Origin: Candidatus Hadarchaeota archaeon
GTDB taxonomy: Archaea; Hadarchaeota; Hadarchaeia; Hadarchaeales; Hadarchaeaceae
Length of the DNA stretch: 32,000 bases
NCBI GenBank assembly: GCA_964514965.1
Contig: CAZETV010000001.1
Location: forward strand, 390,001 to 422,000
Direction of reading: 5' to 3'
Shown here: in pieces, positions 27,015-32,000 of the stretch
How positions within the stretch are numbered: position 1 is the stretch's first letter
Layout of the letters: the number at the start of each line of letters is the position of its first letter
The notes under the pieces: generated by a model
Databases searched by the model: none
What the model was told of the DNA's origin: nothing
The model's input: only the letters and a program-made list of their open reading frames with translations
Program-made: the position numbers and the translations under genes

Positions 27015-28025
27015 CTATCGCCCCGAAGCGAGGCTAATTTGTTTCCCTATTTCAGAACTCTTTTCGGCTGCGTATAAAATCTCCAATATTTTCTTATCAT
27101 CCTCAAAACTGTATGGGTATTTTTCTTTACCTTCTATCGCCCTGACAAATCTTTCCATCTCTTCTATGTACATTCTCTCCCCTATGATGTATCCTTTTTC
27201 CGGCTTGCCTTCTTCTGTTGAGTATTCCTCCCATTTTTTCTCTCCAGCTGTGAAAACTTTTACGACATTTGCGTTTCGATCCCATTCGATTGTTCCCTCT
27301 TCTCCGAGTAGCCGAAAAACACGAACTGGTGCTCTAGCTACTACGTCAACGAGCATGTGTCCAAGGGCACCGCTTTTGAATTTTAGAAGCACTTGATAAG
27401 TGTCATCGATGTCGACATCCAAATCCGATACTTTACCTTTTAAGCAAGATGTCGCATCCACATCTCCAAGCAACCAAGTTAACCACACAAGCTCGAAGGG
27501 GACTATCTCTCTAGCAGCTCCGGTGGTCCTCCTTGCGACGTAAAACTTCCTGTAGTCCTCCCACGGATGCCAATCTGGCAGGTATTGTCCAGAATGATAT
27601 GTAAATGCAAGTGGCTTGCCAACAGCGCGTTCGTCTACTAGTCCCTTTATTTTTTTGATTGCGGGGTGGAACCTCATTGTGCAGGACGGTGCCGCGACTA
27701 TTTTTTTACCCTTGATTAGAGAGATCAGCTTGCCCATTCCATCATTGACGACGCTCGCCTCAGTGAAGAAATGCTTGTTTTTTCGTGCTGCAATCATGGC
27801 ATATTTCATGTGCAAATCTGGCGGAGTGGAGATAATCAGAGCAGCCGGATTTTCAATCATGGCTTCTTCGAACTCTCCAAATGTTTTGATTTTATATTTC
27901 TCTTCGGCTTCCTTCCGCCTGTCCTCCCTGAGGTCGAATCCGATTATCTCACCTGCTTTAAGGTACTGCAAATTGCGGATGCGCCTTTTGCCCATCGAAC
28001 CTAACCCTACGACTAAAAACTTCAT
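27015..28025 (-). CDS. Gfo/Idh/MocA family oxidoreductase
   Basis: 'MKFLVVGLGSMGKRRIRNLQYL...AALIISTPPDLHMKYAMIAARKNKHFFTEASV'. Start at ATG 28025; the track ORF to 28751 is a frameshift-generated fusion. Confidence 0.9.
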   Translation of the reverse strand: MKFLVVGLGSMGKRRIRNLQYLKAGEIIGFDLREDRRKEAEEKYKIKTFGEFEEAMIENPAALIISTPPDLHMKYAMIAARKNKHFFTEASVVNDGMGKLISLIKGKKIVAAPSCTMRFHPAIKKIKGLVDERAVGKPLAFTYHSGQYLPDWHPWEDYRKFYVARRTTGAAREIVPFELVWLTWLLGDVDATSCLKGKVSDLDVDIDDTYQVLLKFKSGALGHMLVDVVARAPVRVFRLLGEEGTIEWDRNANVVKVFTAGEKKWEEYSTEEGKPEKGYIIGERMYIEEMERFVRAIEGKEKYPYSFEDDKKILEILYAAEKSSEIGKQISLASGR

Positions 28026-28030
28026 ACAGT

Positions 28031-28751
28031 TCACTCCTTGATAGCATGGACTACTTTCCACGTTAAAACGATATTCCCGATTATTTGCAACTTCCCCGAT
28101 GTATAACTGCTGAACGGCAATTCCTTTTTTCTTTTCATCTTGATGTTGACTTCGTCTTCCAAGATTTCCACTTTCCCCGCTCCGACCGCCCTGAGATAAC
28201 CAGCGAACTCTTGAATAAATATTGTAAAACTCGTACGGCGCGTTTTGACTGTGTCCCTCCTTGTAAATTTTTATAATGTAAGTGAAATCGCCCAACAGAA
28301 GCCTGATGAAAAGGTGCTTCTTCGTAACTCTGGCAAGCTCTCTTACAGCTTTTTTCCAGTTTGGAATGAATGGAAGAACCATGTAACAGATAACAATGTC
28401 GTAAGAGTTATCCTCGATTTTTAAGTCGAAAATGTCTCCCTTGTCAACTCTAAAGTTTTTTTCCTTAGCAAAGACTGATCGAGCTAATTTTAGATAATGC
28501 TCTGAAACATCTACGCCATAGTAAGATATATTTTGGTCGATTTTTTTGAGCGAGGGGTAAAAATGACCAACACCGCAACCGACATCCAGGACCTTCATCC
28601 CGGGTTTGTACACCTCCCGCACGAGCTTGACTAGCTGTTTTACTTGCTCCATTTCCGGCTCCTGACCAAAGGCTCGCTTTTTCATTAATTCCCCGTACGC
28701 TCCCTCCTCCCATAGGCGCTCCCAAACTCTTTTGTTGCTCACAGGGTTCAC
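28031..28751 (-). pseudogene. Class I SAM-dependent methyltransferase, interrupted by a frameshift near 28205..28225 (real, or a sequence error)
   Basis: Intact part 'MKVLDVGCGVGHFYPSLKKID...VDKGDIFDLKIEDNSYDIVICYMVLPFIPNW'. The neighbouring frame continues 'QEFAGYLRAVGAGKVEILEDEVNIKMKRKKELPFSSYTSGKLQIIGNIVLTWKVVHAIKE*' to TGA 28033..28031. Confidence 0.82.
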
Positions 28752-29509
28752 CCAATTTTTTTTAACTTGGGCTTAGCATGCTCTTTTAGCCTTGCCTCGT
28801 ACGCTTTTTGCACCTCTTGGTTTATTTTGGCGATTTCAGGATTTTCTTCGAGCAGTTTCACGACCTCTTTCAGCGGGATAATTTTGCCGGATTTGTAAAG
28901 TTTTTTGAAAACTGCTCTGAAAAATTCTAGGTCTTTAGGGTAGTCAAGCGTCATTCTGGACTCGGGATGTTTCAGGTCATCGCTCGCGTCCAAGTACTTT
29001 ACCTCGAAGAGACCAGTATCGACGAAGTAGCCTCCCCAAACTTCAGTATCAGCTTCTTCCTTGAGCTGGCAAACCCTCTCAAGAGCTTCCACTTTTATAC
29101 CGATGGGAACCGCGCCGACAGGGAAGCCTCGCCAGGCGATATAATCCGCGTTTGTTTCTTTAAAGTGGTCTATCGTCTGATCTACCAGTTCTGGGTCACA
29201 TAGTATGTCATCACCATCTATATTCACGATGAAGTCCAGTCCATATTTTTTCGCGGCTTTTAGATACCTGTCGAGTTTGTCTTCTGGACTACCTCTGAAG
29301 ACCTCGATATCATTTCTGCGTGCCACATCGACTAAGATATCGTCGTCTGGGTGAGTGGATGTACAAAGCACGACAAGGTCAGGGCGCTTCGCGGCCTTTG
29401 CACGATCCATGAGGTGCTCTATGGTCGTTCGTCCCTCTATCTCAAGTAACGCTTTTTTTGGCAATCTGGTCGACTTCATCCGCACGGTTATAAAAATAGC
29501 CGTTTTCAA
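28748..29509 (-). CDS. Nucleotidyl/cytidylyltransferase of the SpsF/KdsB type
   Basis: 'TAIFITVRMKSTRLPKKALLEIEGRTTIEHLMDRAKAAKRPDLVVLCTST', 'DFIVNIDGDDILCDPELVDQTI'. 4-nt overlap with the methyltransferase. Confidence 0.9.
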   Translation of the reverse strand: MKTAIFITVRMKSTRLPKKALLEIEGRTTIEHLMDRAKAAKRPDLVVLCTSTHPDDDILVDVARRNDIEVFRGSPEDKLDRYLKAAKKYGLDFIVNIDGDDILCDPELVDQTIDHFKETNADYIAWRGFPVGAVPIGIKVEALERVCQLKEEADTEVWGGYFVDTGLFEVKYLDASDDLKHPESRMTLDYPKDLEFFRAVFKKLYKSGKIIPLKEVVKLLEENPEIAKINQEVQKAYEARLKEHAKPKLKKIG

Positions 29510-29520
29510 TCAATCACCGA

Positions 29521-30588
29521 TTAAATCACATTATCGGGGGTGATGGGGTCGTTTTTCTTCATGCTCTTGGCGGCGGTCTTGCCCAATAAGCGTTCGATTT
29601 CATCCGGAAAAATCCCTTCATCCGATCTTTTGAACGCCAGTTTATCGCGAGTTATCTTTTCCCCCTTTTGGATGTCCCTAGCCGCGACTGTTCGCTTTCG
29701 GGCAATCTCCCGGTATTCCCGCTCTGCTTTTGATAAGGGTCTTACATCGGAAAAACCAAACGCCTCCTCTATTTTCCTGAGGTTGACGACGAACTTTTTA
29801 AAGACAGGCGAATCGAGCGCAGATTCGAAGTCTTCGCCCCTCAGGTTCCTATCATGGGTAAGATGCTTTTCGATGACTTTTGCTCCGAATGCTAGTGCCA
29901 CGAGCGGAATGACGAGAGCTAGATCGGAGCCCCCATCCGTGTGGTCTGCAAAACCTATGGGAACTTGGAATTTTTGCTTCAGAGTTGGTATAAATTTCAG
30001 ATGCATGTCCTCCAGCTTAGTCGGATAGCTCTGGAACCCGTAAACCAGCACGAGATTTTCGTTGCCTTCTTCCTTCATCCAAGAAATGGCCCTCTCTACC
30101 TCTTCCATTGTGGCGCCACCCACCCTCAGAAACACGGGTTTTTCCTTCTTCGCCACTCCCCTCACGAGATTTTCCTCGGCGAGCGACGCCGGAGAGACCA
30201 CATAAGCATCCGCCTTTAGATTAGAAGCGAGACCAACACTCGGAAAGTCGTTGCACATCGCACATATTAGCAGCCCATTTTTTCTGGCGTACGGAAACAA
30301 CTCAGCCCAAGCCGCTGGAGCCAGGTTAATTCGGCTCAGATATTCGTAAATGGGCAGTGCTTCCTTGCCCGCTGATACGCGCCCTTTCCCAGTCCTGTAC
30401 TGCGGGACCATGTAATTTTCCATGAATGTGAGGTGAAAACAAATGGCGTCTGCCCTCGCATTGGCCGCTGCGTCTATTATCTCTTTCGCCTTTTCAACCG
30501 ACCCGTCATGTGACCATGCCATCTCCGCGATGACGAATGTGGGATGTTGATCACCTATCTTTCTTCTACCAATTCTTATTGTTTTCAA
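29521..30588 (-). CDS. Second NeuB-family nonulosonate synthase-like protein (divergent)
   Basis: 'PTFVIAEMAWSHDGSVEKAKEIIDAAANARADAICFHLTF...PVFLRVGGATMEEVERAISWM...IGFADHTDGG...VIEKHLTHDRNLRGEDFESAL', C-terminal SAF-like domain. Confidence 0.88.
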   Translation of the reverse strand: MKTIRIGRRKIGDQHPTFVIAEMAWSHDGSVEKAKEIIDAAANARADAICFHLTFMENYMVPQYRTGKGRVSAGKEALPIYEYLSRINLAPAAWAELFPYARKNGLLICAMCNDFPSVGLASNLKADAYVVSPASLAEENLVRGVAKKEKPVFLRVGGATMEEVERAISWMKEEGNENLVLVYGFQSYPTKLEDMHLKFIPTLKQKFQVPIGFADHTDGGSDLALVIPLVALAFGAKVIEKHLTHDRNLRGEDFESALDSPVFKKFVVNLRKIEEAFGFSDVRPLSKAEREYREIARKRTVAARDIQKGEKITRDKLAFKRSDEGIFPDEIERLLGKTAAKSMKKNDPITPDNVI

Positions 30589-31313
30589 ACTTCCACCTCG
30601 CTTTTGAACAACCCTGATTTCACTACAAATTCCGCCAATAAAAAGTCAAACTCATCGTCTATCCCAATAGAACTGATCCTGTCCATAATCAAACCTTTCA
30701 TGCTTTTGGGATTGAAACAAGGCGATTTTTCACTGACCCTATCGAAATACCTCCTCCGAGTGATTATCAGTCCATCGCTTATTCTGAAGAGTTTTGGTAA
30801 CTCTTGCCTGCGAAGTGGTTTGTTCATGCCTCCAATCAGCTCTTTCAAATTTCCCTCTTCATTCCTTTCGTAGACAAAATATGGGTGGTAACCCGACTCA
30901 ACCTCACACACACCTATAACTGAGTCAAAATCGGAGGTCAACAACATCCTCAACCCCGCGTTTATATGTTCATGAGTCCGAAACGGCGATGTCGGCTGAA
31001 GAAACGCCACGATTTCCGGATGATATCGCTCTTCTTTTTCAAGATAATGCAAGGCGTGCAGAAGAACGGAGAGCGAGGACGCCTCGTCCATCGCTAGCTG
31101 CTTGGGCCTCAAAAACGGAACTTCTGCACCATATTTTCTCGCTATTGCCGCTATCTCTTTGTCTTCAGTTGAAACTATGGTACGGTCGAGCTTGCTGCTG
31201 AGCGCGGCATCTATTGTGTAGCTGATTAGGGGTTTTCCTCCGAGGGGTCTGATGTTCTTTTTCTGGACCCCTTTAGACCCGCCTCTTGCAGGGATAATTC
31301 CGACCGCTAGAAT
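30585..31313 (-). CDS. neuA: CMP-acylneuraminate/nonulosonate cytidylyltransferase
   Basis: Frame extends upstream of the track ORF: 'LAVGIIPARGGSKGVQKKNIRPLGGKPLISYTIDAALSSKLDRTIVSTEDKEIAAIARKYGAEVPFLRPKQLAMDEASS...VAFLQPTSPFRT'. Start set at ATT 31313 with SD-like GAGGT upstream. Confidence 0.88.
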   Translation of the reverse strand: MLAVGIIPARGGSKGVQKKNIRPLGGKPLISYTIDAALSSKLDRTIVSTEDKEIAAIARKYGAEVPFLRPKQLAMDEASSLSVLLHALHYLEKEERYHPEIVAFLQPTSPFRTHEHINAGLRMLLTSDFDSVIGVCEVESGYHPYFVYERNEEGNLKELIGGMNKPLRRQELPKLFRISDGLIITRRRYFDRVSEKSPCFNPKSMKGLIMDRISSIGIDDEFDFLLAEFVVKSGLFKSEVEV

Positions 31314-31318
31314 GGTAC

Positions 31319-32000
31319 CTACCTCTTTTTAAGGTCTGAAACAGGTACGTAGCACTTACTGCATATCGGGATTTCGGAATACCTGCTGGCGATATGGGCA
31401 CTTCGAATTTTTTCATATTTCTCGTTGTGCCAGATGTCCTTCAGTTTCTCTTTCCTAGCGTCTCCCATAATCGATTCCCTTTTGTTGTCGACACAGCATA
31501 AGGTGACGATACCATCCCACATTATGAACATTCGTTGGAACAGTTGAGCGCAGACGAAGTTTGGGTTGTAATATTCAGGATACCCCTTCCATTCTTTTGT
31601 ATAATCGATGAGTTCCCCGTAGCCTACTAGGTCTATCCCAAGCACCCCGAAACCAAATTTTTTGTAATCCTCAAGTTCCTCCCTCGGGTTCCCCATTACG
31701 ACCATTGAGGCCCGCGTCTGCACGTGTTTGTAGCCGAGTTCGTTCCTGAGTTCAACAAACTTCTTGATGTTGGCCACAACCCGTTGAAAGTCTGCCCCGA
31801 TTCTTATCTGGTTATATTTTTCCGGATAGGGAGAATCGACCGAGAAAAATATGCTGTCCAAACCGGCATCGAGAAGCTTGCGCGACATATCCTCCGTTAG
31901 GGCGACGGCATTTGTGTTGAACATGACCTCAATAACCCCCTTTTCCTTGGCGTAACTCACCTGTTCAACTACATCGGGGTGGATCAGGGGTTCGCCGAGA
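31319..32000 (-). CDS. Radical SAM protein with C-terminal cysteine-rich (SPASM-like) region, truncated at the right window edge
   Basis: Frame is open past the track start to the window end: 'GEPLIHPDVVEQVSYAKEKGVIEVMFNTNAVALTEDMSRKLLDAGLDSIFFSVDS'. C-terminal 'CYVPVSDLKKR' and 'CVDNKR' cysteines. Confidence 0.85.
   Translation of the reverse strand, partial: LGEPLIHPDVVEQVSYAKEKGVIEVMFNTNAVALTEDMSRKLLDAGLDSIFFSVDSPYPEKYNQIRIGADFQRVVANIKKFVELRNELGYKHVQTRASMVVMGNPREELEDYKKFGFGVLGIDLVGYGELIDYTKEWKGYPEYYNPNFVCAQLFQRMFIMWDGIVTLCCVDNKRESIMGDARKEKLKDIWHNEKYEKIRSAHIASRYSEIPICSKCYVPVSDLKKR

Noticed and set aside
27015-28751. A genuine methyltransferase-oxidoreductase fusion protein
   Set aside because: The linker is non-protein-like and the adjacent frame encodes the natural methyltransferase C-terminus with its own stop before the MocA ATG.
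1-32000. CRISPR array or cas genes
   Set aside because: No regularly spaced direct repeats of about 24-37 bp and no Cas-like ORFs were seen.

Overview
The window is an archaeal chromosomal segment, inferred from its eukaryote-like translation genes (Nep1, Rpp21-like RNase P subunit, S19e, L39e, L31e, aIF6, LX, prefoldin alpha) and TATA-like promoters. From left to right it contains: a 5'-truncated type IV pilus/archaellum-type FlaJ/GspF/TadC membrane protein; a tandem pair of Lrp/AsnC regulators in AT-rich DNA; tRNA-Gly(GCC); the nep1-rnp4-rps19e-pdcd5-rpl39e-rpl31e-eif6-rpl18a(X)-pfdA-ftsY cluster; a convergent gatC-gatA-gatB operon; an AmrS-like radical SAM protein; a phosphohexomutase; a tRNA-Arg(TCT) with an apparent 16-nt intron at the non-canonical position 29/30; and a HEPN/MNT toxin-antitoxin pair between that tRNA and a degenerate copy of its 3' half. 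After these come a creatininase-family protein, a DegT aminotransferase, a Gfo/Idh/MocA oxidoreductase, a HicBA module, a glycosyltransferase, and a minus-strand nonulosonic-acid (sialic/legionaminic-like) cluster of about 12 kb running off the right edge. Main items for follow-up: (1) the 1.2-kb tRNA-bounded HEPN/MNT island with no integrase; (2) the tRNA-Arg intron with a BHB-like fold; (3) a G10 tract at the acyltransferase/formyltransferase junction, where a 1-nt change splits the protein into two ORFs; (4) a frameshift that artificially fuses a methyltransferase to an oxidoreductase; (5) a CMP-nonulosonate synthetase gene with no ATG/GTG/TTG start and a probable ATT start; (6) palindrome pairs around TATA boxes at two promoters, one in front of a 22-codon sORF and antisense to hicA.
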